A stretch of 64,000 bases of DNA from Gemmatimonadota bacterium (lineage in GTDB: Bacteria; Gemmatimonadota; Gemmatimonadetes; Longimicrobiales; Gaopeijiaceae), in assembly GCA_034521595.1 (NCBI GenBank), contig JAXHMG010000003.1, positions 416,001 through 480,000 of the forward strand. The letters are read 5' to 3'. Shown piece after piece: positions 55,962 through 64,000 of this stretch. The position numbers and the translations under genes were made by a program. How positions within the stretch are numbered: position 1 is the stretch's first letter; every line of letters begins with the position of its first letter. The notes beneath the pieces were generated by a model. That model searched no databases, was not told where the DNA came from, and saw only the letters and a list, made by a program, of their open reading frames with translations.

Positions 55962-56243
55962 ATGTTCGAGCTACTCGCGCTGGCGATCGCCGGCACGGCC
56001 GGCGTCTTCGGTCATCTACAGTCGCGACGCTTCGTGGGGCGGAGGCTCCGCCATACCTGGATCGTGGAGAAGCCCGCGCTCGGCCTGTGGGCCGGAGTGG
56101 GCGCCACGATCATGGCCGCGCCGGTCGTCGCGTTGCTCCCCATCGTCGGTGCGGGCACGGCGCTCGCGCTGGGCGCCGGCGTGGGCACGGGCGTCGCACT
56201 CGGCGTCAAGGATACGCGGCACCCACCGCTCCTCGAGGACTGA
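55962..56243 (+). CDS. Small Gly/Ala-rich membrane protein
   Basis: GGAGG SD; 93 aa; hydrophobic segments. Confidence 0.7.
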   Translation: MFELLALAIAGTAGVFGHLQSRRFVGRRLRHTWIVEKPALGLWAGVGATIMAAPVVALLPIVGAGTALALGAGVGTGVALGVKDTRHPPLLED

Positions 56244-56349
56244 GTCCCCGTTGCGACCGTCGAGCCCGCAGGCACCGTCCAGGGCGGGGCCTGGCCGACG
56301 CGATCCTTCGGGCGGCTCACCCTCGAAGCAGACGTGAGCGAATCCTCGC

Positions 56350-57270
56350 ATGAGCGATCCGGTGCGTATCTCCGGGTTCTCGTTCGTGCGCAACGCGGTC
56401 TCCCTCGATTACCCGCTCGAGGAGTCGCTGCGCTCCATCCTGCCGGTGGTGGACGAGCTCGTGGTGGCGGTGGCGCGCTCGTCGGGGGAGCGCGACGACG
56501 GGACCCGAGCCGTGGTCGAAGGGCTCGACGACGGGAGGGTCCGTATCGTGGACGCGGTCTGGGACGATACGCGCCGACAGGAGATCTACGCCGATCTCAC
56601 CAACGCGGCGCTCGAACGGTGCACCGGTGATTGGTGCCTCTACATCCAGGCCGACGAGGTCGTCCATGAAGACGACCTCCCGCGCATCCGGGCCCGTGCG
56701 GAAGCGCTGCAGGCCGACCGCCGGGTCGAAGGGCTCCTCTTCGACTACCTGCACTTCTTCGGCGACTACGATCACCTGCAAACCGGCCACGGATGGTATC
56801 AGCGCGAGATCCGCATGATCCGCAACGGTGTCGGCATCCGCTCCGTCCGGGACGCTCAATCGTTCCGCTATCCCGATCAGACTCGGCTTACCGTCGCCCA
56901 TTCCGGCGCGCGCATCTTCCACTACGGTTGGGTGCGCCACCCCGCTCGCATGCAGGCCAAGGTCCGGGAGTTCTGGTCGCACCGTAAGAGCCCCCGAGAG
57001 GTCGAGACGGAGTTCGGTAGGGCGGAGCGGTTCGACTACGGTCCGCTCGGACGGCTCCCCCGGTTCACCGGCACGCACCCGGCCGTGATGCGCGAGCGGA
57101 TCGGGGCCATGGACTGGGCCGACATGCTTCGGGAGGCCGATCCGCCCGGCGTGGAGCGCACGCAGATCCACAAGGACGAGCGGCTCAAGCACCGTGCCTT
57201 GAGCGCGATCTCGCGCTGGACGGGGATCGACTTGAACCACACCAATCACGGGAAGGTGCTGGACGTCTGA
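56350..57270 (+). CDS. GT-A fold (family 2-like) glycosyltransferase
   Basis: ISGFSFVRNA, SILPVVDELVV, GDWCLYIQADE and FHYGWVR. Confidence 0.85.
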   Translation: MSDPVRISGFSFVRNAVSLDYPLEESLRSILPVVDELVVAVARSSGERDDGTRAVVEGLDDGRVRIVDAVWDDTRRQEIYADLTNAALERCTGDWCLYIQADEVVHEDDLPRIRARAEALQADRRVEGLLFDYLHFFGDYDHLQTGHGWYQREIRMIRNGVGIRSVRDAQSFRYPDQTRLTVAHSGARIFHYGWVRHPARMQAKVREFWSHRKSPREVETEFGRAERFDYGPLGRLPRFTGTHPAVMRERIGAMDWADMLREADPPGVERTQIHKDERLKHRALSAISRWTGIDLNHTNHGKVLDV

Positions 57271-57301
57271 GGTGTGCCGTCCGGTTGGCTGGACTCCTAC
57301 C

Positions 57302-59071
57302 CTACCGCAACTGGATGCGTGGCAGGACCCGCAGGACCCCGATCGCGGCTGCGCCGGCCACCGTGAAGCAGAGGACGGCCGCCCCCGTTTCTCCGTACAG
57401 GGTGTACCCGGTCCCGAAGAGTGCCCCGTAGATGACGATGCACCCGAGGAACCACGCGAGGAACGCCGCCGAGGGACTCCCGGCGTCCTCGTCGGGCTCG
57501 AGTCCCAGACCCGCTCCCCGCCACCCGTTGCCCATGGGGCGGATGCGCTTATGGAACGATCGTAGCGTCTCCTCGTCCGCCGGGGGCGTGAGCAGGGTCA
57601 CGGTGAGCCACCCGACCGTGGTCACCACGACACCGATCACCAGGCGGAGCGACGGATCGATCGCCCCGAAGCCCAGAGCTTCGTGGACGAACTGGAAGTA
57701 CACCGCCACGAGGAACGACACCACCATGGCGGCCACCTCGCTCCACGCGTTGATGCGCCACCAGAACCAACGGAGCAGAAAGACGAGTCCCGTGCCGGCA
57801 CCGATTTGGAGCAGGATCTGAAACGCCTGGAGCGCGTTCTCCAGCCAGAGCCCGACGGCGCTCGCCAACACGATCAGCCCGACGGTCGTGATCCTCCCGA
57901 TGCGCACGTAGTGCCGCTCGTCCCGTCCGGGCCTCAGGAAACGGCGATAGACGTCGTCCACGATGTACGACGCGCCCCAGTTCAGGTGGGTGCTGATGGT
58001 GGACATGTACGCCGCGGCGAGCGAAGCCACGACCAGCCCCAGGAGGCCGGAGGGCAGGAAGATCAGCATCGCCGGATAGGCGAGATCGTTTTGCACGATG
58101 GACGGATCCACGTGCGGGAAGGCGGCTTGGATGGAGCCCAGGGTGGGATAGACGATCAGTGAGGCGAGGCCCACGACGATCCACGGCCAGGGCCTCAGGC
58201 CGTAGTGCGCCACATTGAACCATAGTGTGGCCTTGAGCGCGTGGGACTCGTCCTTGGCGGCGAGCATGCGCTGCGCGACGTATCCTCCTCCGCCCGGCTC
58301 CGCGCCCGGGTACCAGGTGCTCCACCACTGGACCGCGATCGGCACGATGAAGACCGTCGTCGCCGCGCGCCAATCCGTGAAGTCGGGTAGGAGCGAGAGC
58401 TTCCCGTCGAGGGCGGGGTGGCTGAAGAGCCCGACGAGCCCACCCACCTCGGGCTGGGCCACGGCGAAGTAGGCGGCGGCGATCGAGCCGACCATCGCGA
58501 CGACGAAGAGCAGGAGATCCGTGACGACGACGCCCCAGAGGCCGGAGGTCGCCGAATAGAGGGCCGTGGCCGTCCCGGCGATGAGGACCACCTCGTACTT
58601 GGATGCGCCGAGCAGAACCCCGCCGATCTTGATCGCGGCGAGCGTGACCGTCGCCATGATCATCACGTTGAAGAACACGCCGAGATAGACGGCCCGGAAG
58701 CCTCTCAGGAAGGCCGCCGGCTTCCCCGAATAGCGAAGCTCGTAGAAGCCGAGGTCGGTGAGGACTTCGGAACGGCGCCAGAGCCGAGCGTAGAAGAAGA
58801 CCGTTAGCATGCCGGTGAGCACGAACGCCCACCAGAGCCAGTTCTGGCTCACGCCACCGGTTCGCACCAGGTCGGTGACCAGGTTCGGCGTGTCCGTCGA
58901 GAACGTGGTGGCCACCATGGACGTTCCGAGGAGCCACCACGGCATCGAGCGTCCGCCCAGGAAGAACTCTTCGGTCTCCCGGCCGGCCCTCCGCGCGAAA
59001 TAGAGGCCCGTGCCGACCGCGAGCACCGCGTACACCGCGATGACGATCCAGTCGAGCTCGGTGAGCTGCAT
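57302..59071 (-). CDS. Sodium:solute symporter
   Basis: FFLGGRSMPWW, SMVATTFSTDTP, GLWGVVVTD, YVAQRMLAAK and AAYMSTIST. Confidence 0.92.
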   Translation of the reverse strand: MQLTELDWIVIAVYAVLAVGTGLYFARRAGRETEEFFLGGRSMPWWLLGTSMVATTFSTDTPNLVTDLVRTGGVSQNWLWWAFVLTGMLTVFFYARLWRRSEVLTDLGFYELRYSGKPAAFLRGFRAVYLGVFFNVMIMATVTLAAIKIGGVLLGASKYEVVLIAGTATALYSATSGLWGVVVTDLLLFVVAMVGSIAAAYFAVAQPEVGGLVGLFSHPALDGKLSLLPDFTDWRAATTVFIVPIAVQWWSTWYPGAEPGGGGYVAQRMLAAKDESHALKATLWFNVAHYGLRPWPWIVVGLASLIVYPTLGSIQAAFPHVDPSIVQNDLAYPAMLIFLPSGLLGLVVASLAAAYMSTISTHLNWGASYIVDDVYRRFLRPGRDERHYVRIGRITTVGLIVLASAVGLWLENALQAFQILLQIGAGTGLVFLLRWFWWRINAWSEVAAMVVSFLVAVYFQFVHEALGFGAIDPSLRLVIGVVVTTVGWLTVTLLTPPADEETLRSFHKRIRPMGNGWRGAGLGLEPDEDAGSPSAAFLAWFLGCIVIYGALFGTGYTLYGETGAAVLCFTVAGAAAIGVLRVLPRIQLR

Positions 59072-59075
59072 GACC

Positions 59076-59996
59076 TCAGCCGAGCTCCGCGAAGCCTCGG
59101 GAGAGCCGTTCGGGGTATATGCCCTCGGAGATGCGCCCCATGAGGGCACGCTGTGTGCGCTCGAGATCCGTGTTCTTGGTCATGCCGAACCACGGATCGG
59201 GGGCGCTGTACACATGAACCCCGGTCTTGCCCAGCTTGATCTGGTCGCTAATGGCCGTGGAGAGGAAGAACTCGTGCTGGGTATCGCTTCCCCAGTACTC
59301 GAGGAAGCGTTCGAATTGTCGCTGGAGTCGGGGCACGATCTCCGGCAGAAAGCCCCACAGGTTCATGGAGACCGTCTCGTTACCCGACAGCTCGACGGGC
59401 TCGCCGTCGACCGTGACACCCGTGACCCAGCCGTCCCGGCGCCACACTTCACGGACCTCGGTGATCCGCTGTAGTGAGCCTTCCTGGCGTAACACGCACA
59501 CTCCGCGTGCCACCGACCCGGTGGCGGAGAGCGTGTCCTCGAGGCGGTAACCGACGAGGGCGGACTCGGTGGGCGCGGGATCGGAGGTCATGTGCCGTCC
59601 GAGCATTTCGAACGCTCCGGGGCCGTAGAGGTCGTCGGCGTTGCAGACCGCGAAAGGCCCGTCGATGCCTCGAGCCGCCTCGATGACGGCCTGTCCGGTT
59701 CCCCATGGCTTCTTGCGATCCGGGGGGGCGCGGAACCCTTCGGGAACGTCGTGGAGGTCCTGGCAGACGAAGTCCACCGGAAGGTGCTCGCCGATCGTTC
59801 TCGCCACATGGCCGCGTACCGATTCGAGTATCTCGGGCCGGACCACGAAGCGAATCGGGGAGAAGCCCGTGCGCGCCGCGTCGTAGACGTTGTAGTCGAG
59901 GATCGTTTCCCCGTGCGGACCGACCGGGTGGAGCTGCTTGAGGCGGCCGAACCTTCGTGACAGGCCGGCTGCCATGACGATGAGTGGGAAGCTCAC
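59076..59996 (-). CDS. Sugar-phosphate nucleotidyltransferase family protein
   Basis: VMAAGLSRRFGRLKQ, KPWGTGQA, CNADDLYG and VSMNLWGF; GGAGG SD. Confidence 0.88.
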   Translation of the reverse strand: MSFPLIVMAAGLSRRFGRLKQLHPVGPHGETILDYNVYDAARTGFSPIRFVVRPEILESVRGHVARTIGEHLPVDFVCQDLHDVPEGFRAPPDRKKPWGTGQAVIEAARGIDGPFAVCNADDLYGPGAFEMLGRHMTSDPAPTESALVGYRLEDTLSATGSVARGVCVLRQEGSLQRITEVREVWRRDGWVTGVTVDGEPVELSGNETVSMNLWGFLPEIVPRLQRQFERFLEYWGSDTQHEFFLSTAISDQIKLGKTGVHVYSAPDPWFGMTKNTDLERTQRALMGRISEGIYPERLSRGFAELG

Positions 59997-60279
59997 GCGC
60001 GATCCTCCGACATGGCGAGCCGGGGCGGTTGGGTAAGAGAACGTGGATGTGGTCGACGAAGCGACATGGGATCCTGCGAGGATGGCGGTGAGCGTTTCGA
60101 GGGCACCGGTGTAAGCTCCGGTGACCAACATGGTGGCGGTCCGCCTCGGGCGCGAGCGCATCGGGCTCAGCCGACGCGGATTGAAGCGTTTGCTCGGTGC
60201 GACGGATCGTCCCTTCGGGTACCGAAAGTGGTCATCATGCGAGGTGGCCGAAAGTCTGTTTTTTGTTTATGTATCACTA

Positions 60280-61434
60280 ATGACTGAATATGCAGAAGCG
60301 GGGGGCCGGAACGGGTCCGCGGAAGGGAATCGGACGCGTGTGGTCCTGAAGCTCGGAAGCCGCTTGCTGACCGGCGGGTCGACGAGGCTGGATCCCGAGC
60401 GGATGCGGTGCGTGGCCGAGATCGTGGCTGGTGAGCGGCAGAGCGAAGTGGTGATCGTCTCCAGCGGGGCGATCGCCGCCGGATTCAGAGCGCTCGGACA
60501 TACCGCGCCGCCGAGTCGGATCCGGGACCGTCAGGCGGCGGCCGCGGTGGGACAGACCCGGCTCATGGCGCTCTGGTCCGAAGCGTTCTCCTCGGTCGGT
60601 CTCGAGGTCGCGCAGGTGCTGCTCACCAACGACTGCCTCACCGACCGGCGCCGTTACGTGGCGGCCCGAAGGGCGCTGGCGACGTTGCTCGACGCTGGAG
60701 TCGTCCCGATCGTGAACGAGAACGACACGGTGAGCGTGGAAGAGATCGTGGTCGGCGACAACGACAACCTCGCAGCATCGGCCGCTGCCCTCGTGGATGC
60801 GGAATTGCTCGCGCTGCTCACGGACGTGCCCGGGGTCTACGATGGCGATCCGGAGGCGGGGGGCGAGGTTCGGCTCATCGAGGAGGTGGCCAGCGCGGAG
60901 GAGCTCCGGCCTTACTGCTTCGCCAAGAAGGCTCGCGAGTCCACGGGGGGGATGCAGACGAAGCTGGACGCGGCGGAGCGGGCGGGGCGGTACGGCATTC
61001 CCACGGTGGTCGCGTCGGGAAGCGATCCGCGAGCGATGGAAGCGATCGTCCGTGGGGAGCGCGCGGGGACCTACATCGCGGCCTCCGAGCGGCCGCTCGC
61101 CGCGCGGAGGCATTGGATGGCCGTGCAGCGGGGGCTCGTCGGCGCCATCGTGGTGGATCGCGGCGCCGTCGACGCGCTTCGGCGGCGGGCGAACCTCCTC
61201 CCTAGCGGGATCGTCGAGGTGCGCGGGCACTTTCGGAGTGGGGACCTCGTCTCGGTCATGGACACGGAGGGGGTGGAGCAGGCCCGTGGAATCGTGAGGC
61301 TCGATGACCGCGAGGTGGACAGGATCCGCGGCCTCCATACGACCGACGCCAAAGAGGCGCTCGGCCGGGACCGGAGCCACGTCGTGCTGCGGCCCGACCG
61401 CATGGTATTGATCGACGAGGAGGGTAGGGTGTGA
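60280..61434 (+). CDS. proB: Glutamate 5-kinase with PUA domain
   Basis: VVLKLGS, VSSGAIAAG, AAVGQ, NENDTV, GDNDNL and TGGMQTKL. Start uncertain (no clear SD). Confidence 0.96.
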   Translation: MTEYAEAGGRNGSAEGNRTRVVLKLGSRLLTGGSTRLDPERMRCVAEIVAGERQSEVVIVSSGAIAAGFRALGHTAPPSRIRDRQAAAAVGQTRLMALWSEAFSSVGLEVAQVLLTNDCLTDRRRYVAARRALATLLDAGVVPIVNENDTVSVEEIVVGDNDNLAASAAALVDAELLALLTDVPGVYDGDPEAGGEVRLIEEVASAEELRPYCFAKKARESTGGMQTKLDAAERAGRYGIPTVVASGSDPRAMEAIVRGERAGTYIAASERPLAARRHWMAVQRGLVGAIVVDRGAVDALRRRANLLPSGIVEVRGHFRSGDLVSVMDTEGVEQARGIVRLDDREVDRIRGLHTTDAKEALGRDRSHVVLRPDRMVLIDEEGRV

Positions 61435-62741
61435 GCACCACGGACGCGAGGACGGAAGCTCCCGGTGGGCCGGAGGCCGGCTCCGTGAGCGCCGAGATGA
61501 CGACTATGGCCCGCAGGGCGCGGACGGGGGCGCGCGAGGTGGCACGCCTCGACGCGGAGGACCGGTCGGCGGCCTTGCGCGAGATCGCGGCGGCGCTCGA
61601 AGGTGGGGCCGACGAGATCCTCCGGGCGAACACGAAGGATCTGGAGCGTGCGGACGAGCGCGGTGTGACGGGGCCGCTGCGAGATCGCCTGAAGCTCGAC
61701 AAAGAGGGGGTACTCGGGATCGCCGCTGCCGTCCGGGAGATCGCGGGGCAGGAGGATCCGCTGGGCCGGATCGAGGACGAGCACGTGCGACCCAACGGGC
61801 TGCGTGTGGGGCGGATGCGGATTCCGCTCGGAGTCGTGGCGATGATTTACGAGAGTCGGCCCAACGTCACTGCGGACGCGGCCGCGCTCTGTCTTCGGGC
61901 GGGCAATGCGGTCATCCTGCGCGGCGGATCGGAGGCCATTCACTCGAATCGGGCGATCGCCGAGGCGGTGCGGGCGGGGCTCGCCCGCTCGAGCGTGCCG
62001 GTCGATGCCGTGCAGCTCGTGCCGACCACGGAGCGAGAGGCCGTCGACGCGCTTCTCCGCCAGGAGGACACGATCGACCTCGTGATCCCCCGAGGCGGCG
62101 AGAGCCTCATCCGCGCGGTCACGGAGAAGAGCCGGATCCCGGTGCTCCAGCACTTCAAGGGAGTCTGTCACATGTACCTGGATGCCTCGGCGCCGGCAGA
62201 GCGCGCCGACGAGCTGGTGCTCAATGCCAAGGTGCAGCGTCCGGGCGTTTGCAATGCCCTGGAAACCCTACTGGTGCACCGCGACGCGGCCGCGCGTCTG
62301 TTGCCACGCCTCGCGGACCGGTTGTCGGATGCGGGCGTGGCGCTCCGGGGATGCCCGGCCACCCTTTCCGTGCTGTCCGATCGGAGAGTTCGGCCCGCGA
62401 CGGAAGACGACTGGAAGGCGGAGTACCTCGACCTGATCCTCGCCGTGCGCATCGTCGATGATCTCGAGGACGCGCTCGAACACATCGCGACGTACGCGTC
62501 CGGACATACTGAAGCGATCGTCACCGACGACGAGGAAGCCGCCCGCGTGTTCGTGGAGGCGGTCCAGTCTTCGACCGTCTTGGTCAACGCGAGCACCCGC
62601 TTCGCCGACGGAGGCGAGCTCGGCCTCGGCGCGGAGATCGGCATCTCCACCTCGAAGCTGCACGCGTACGGACCCATGGGGGCCCGAGAGCTGACGACCC
62701 GAAAGTTCGTCGTGTTCGGCGACGGACAGGTGAGAGCGTGA
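61431..62741 (+). CDS. proA: Gamma-glutamyl phosphate reductase
   Basis: IYESRPNVT, LRGGSEA, IPRGG, GVCNALE, VNASTRFADG and GAEIGIST. Confidence 0.97.
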   Translation: MSTTDARTEAPGGPEAGSVSAEMTTMARRARTGAREVARLDAEDRSAALREIAAALEGGADEILRANTKDLERADERGVTGPLRDRLKLDKEGVLGIAAAVREIAGQEDPLGRIEDEHVRPNGLRVGRMRIPLGVVAMIYESRPNVTADAAALCLRAGNAVILRGGSEAIHSNRAIAEAVRAGLARSSVPVDAVQLVPTTEREAVDALLRQEDTIDLVIPRGGESLIRAVTEKSRIPVLQHFKGVCHMYLDASAPAERADELVLNAKVQRPGVCNALETLLVHRDAAARLLPRLADRLSDAGVALRGCPATLSVLSDRRVRPATEDDWKAEYLDLILAVRIVDDLEDALEHIATYASGHTEAIVTDDEEAARVFVEAVQSSTVLVNASTRFADGGELGLGAEIGISTSKLHAYGPMGARELTTRKFVVFGDGQVRA

Positions 62742-62748
62742 CGGGACG

Positions 62749-63390
62749 TCAGCCGAAAGCTCCATAGAGGGCGTCGAGGGCCAACATGACGTCGTCGTTG
62801 TTGAGGTAGACGTGGAACTCCCGGGTGGTCGAGGTAACCTCCGCGAGGTTGATTCCTTGAAGCGCGAGCGGTTGGAGCAAACGGTAGAGCACTCCGGGTC
62901 GTCGCAGCTGCTCGTCCGTGAGTGAGACCGAGAGGCTGGTCGCGTTACGGACCTGGCGTGTCGGCCGTTCCTCGACCGTGTCTCGCACGGTGTCGAGCGT
63001 GCGCTCTTCGACGATCAGGGTGATCTCCCGGATGCCCTCGGTGATCGTCAGGTATCGCTGCTCCCCGCGCATGAGCTCTTGGAGCGCGATCAACCCCTCC
63101 CGACACCGTGGTGTGTTGGGGAACGTGAGGATGGCCAGACCCCGTTGGACCGTGACCCGGTCGGTTAGCGGAAGCGGAGGTCCGTGCTCCGGATCGGGAA
63201 GATCCGCCTGGAGCCTCGACAGCGCCATCGCGATGGCCGAGGCGTTCACGGTTTTCTGCGTGCGGGCTTCGACCGCGCCGTGGATGTGCCGAGCCACCTG
63301 GCTCAGGTTCATCAGGCGCTGCGCGAGCCCCGTCCGGACGACCGGGTCGTGATCCACGATCTCCCGCACGGCATCCGCGATCTTGATCAT
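62749..63390 (-). CDS. Hypothetical protein with a helical/HTH-like N-terminus and C-terminal ACT-like domains (putative regulator)
   Basis: MNLSQVARHI...AIAMALSRL; ACT-like PGVLYRLLQPLALQGINLAEVTST; no kinase motifs; GGAGG SD. Confidence 0.7.
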   Translation of the reverse strand: MIKIADAVREIVDHDPVVRTGLAQRLMNLSQVARHIHGAVEARTQKTVNASAIAMALSRLQADLPDPEHGPPLPLTDRVTVQRGLAILTFPNTPRCREGLIALQELMRGEQRYLTITEGIREITLIVEERTLDTVRDTVEERPTRQVRNATSLSVSLTDEQLRRPGVLYRLLQPLALQGINLAEVTSTTREFHVYLNNDDVMLALDALYGAFG

Positions 63391-63582
63391 GGTTGGTCGA
63401 GCCTCCCGTGTCCTCGCTTGGTGGATGTTTCAAAATAAACAAATTTCGTTCTTCATGGTGTATTTCCTCGAATTCTTTGGGGCAATCGCGGGATCCGCCC
63501 ATCATCCCCGCATCGATTGACGGTGCGCGGCGCCGCGACGGACGGAGCGGCGCACGGAAACGGAATGTGACAGGAGAGAACG

Positions 63583-63765
63583 ATGAGCGTAGCGACGACG
63601 ACCGAGTGCCCGGTGTGCGGTGGCGAAGTGGATGCTGCTTCCGACGTGATCGTGGGTGAGCTGCTGGATTGCGACGAATGCGGCAGTGAGCTCGAAGTCA
63701 CCGCCTTGAGCCCGAACCCGGTGCTCATCGAGGCCCCGATGTCCGCAGAGGACTGGGGAGAGTAG
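63583..63765 (+). CDS. lysW: LysW amino-group carrier protein
   Basis: Zinc ribbon CPVC...CDEC and the canonical C-terminus EDWGE; AGGAG SD. Confidence 0.95.
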   Translation: MSVATTTECPVCGGEVDAASDVIVGELLDCDECGSELEVTALSPNPVLIEAPMSAEDWGE

Positions 63766-63767
63766 GG

Positions 63768-64000
63768 TTGACCGCCCCGTCGGCCGATCCGTCGGACGGC
63801 GGGTCCGAGGGCCGGCCCTCCGTTGCGCTCGTATGCACCGGTGTTCGGCCCGAAGAAAAGATGCTCCTGGCGGCTTTTCGGGCGCGCGGTGCCGTGCTGG
63901 AGGTCGTGGACGACAGGGGAATCCACGGCGACCTCTCGGGTTGGCCGGTCGGGTTGCCGAGGGTCGACGCGGTTCTGCTCCGGGCCAAGAGCCATTGGCG
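63768..64000 (+). CDS. lysX: LysX/ArgX (RimK-type ATP-grasp) ligase, 5' part, truncated by the window edge
   Basis: Translated by hand from TTG 63768: ...VALVCTGVRPEEKMLLAAFRARG...DAVLLRAKSHW; directly after lysW. Confidence 0.8.
   Translation, partial: MTAPSADPSDGGSEGRPSVALVCTGVRPEEKMLLAAFRARGAVLEVVDDRGIHGDLSGWPVGLPRVDAVLLRAKSHW

Noticed and set aside
62749..63390. Aspartate kinase
   Set aside because: Only ACT-like domains are present, with no amino-acid kinase domain or KFGG motif.

Overview
High-GC, densely coding bacterial chromosomal segment. The gene content (SusC/SusD pair, DUF1592/DUF1552/ankyrin module, LysW) fits Gemmatimonadota or a similar lineage, but that assignment is inference only. 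In order: a SAM methyltransferase; two coupled Kef-type antiporters; an 86-bp tandem REP/MITE-like repeat; a proline/ornithine/amine catabolism neighbourhood (ocd-like, pruA, proline dehydrogenase, frameshifted YjiH transporter, aminotransferase, dehydratase, speB, amidase) interrupted by a SusC/SusD-creatininase locus and a DUF1592-DUF1552-ankyrin module; a MASE1 hybrid kinase; a membrane-anchored MutS-like ATPase; a dienelactone hydrolase pseudogene; mscS; a heme operon (hemB-A-C-D/L-E-H-Y) in which hemD and hemL share one frame; a class II photolyase; a Tat-less molybdopterin oxidoreductase operon (NrfC-NrfD fusion, catalytic subunit, TorD-like chaperone); an SSS transporter and nucleotidyltransferase; proBA; an ACT-domain putative regulator; lysW; and the start of lysX/argX. 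I saw no rRNA, tRNA, CRISPR array, transposase or phage genes. The best candidates for uncharacterised systems are the Mo-enzyme operon, the cytochrome-c/DUF1552/ankyrin module, the HemD-HemL fusion and the regulator facing lysW. All family calls come from motif recognition by eye, not database searches.
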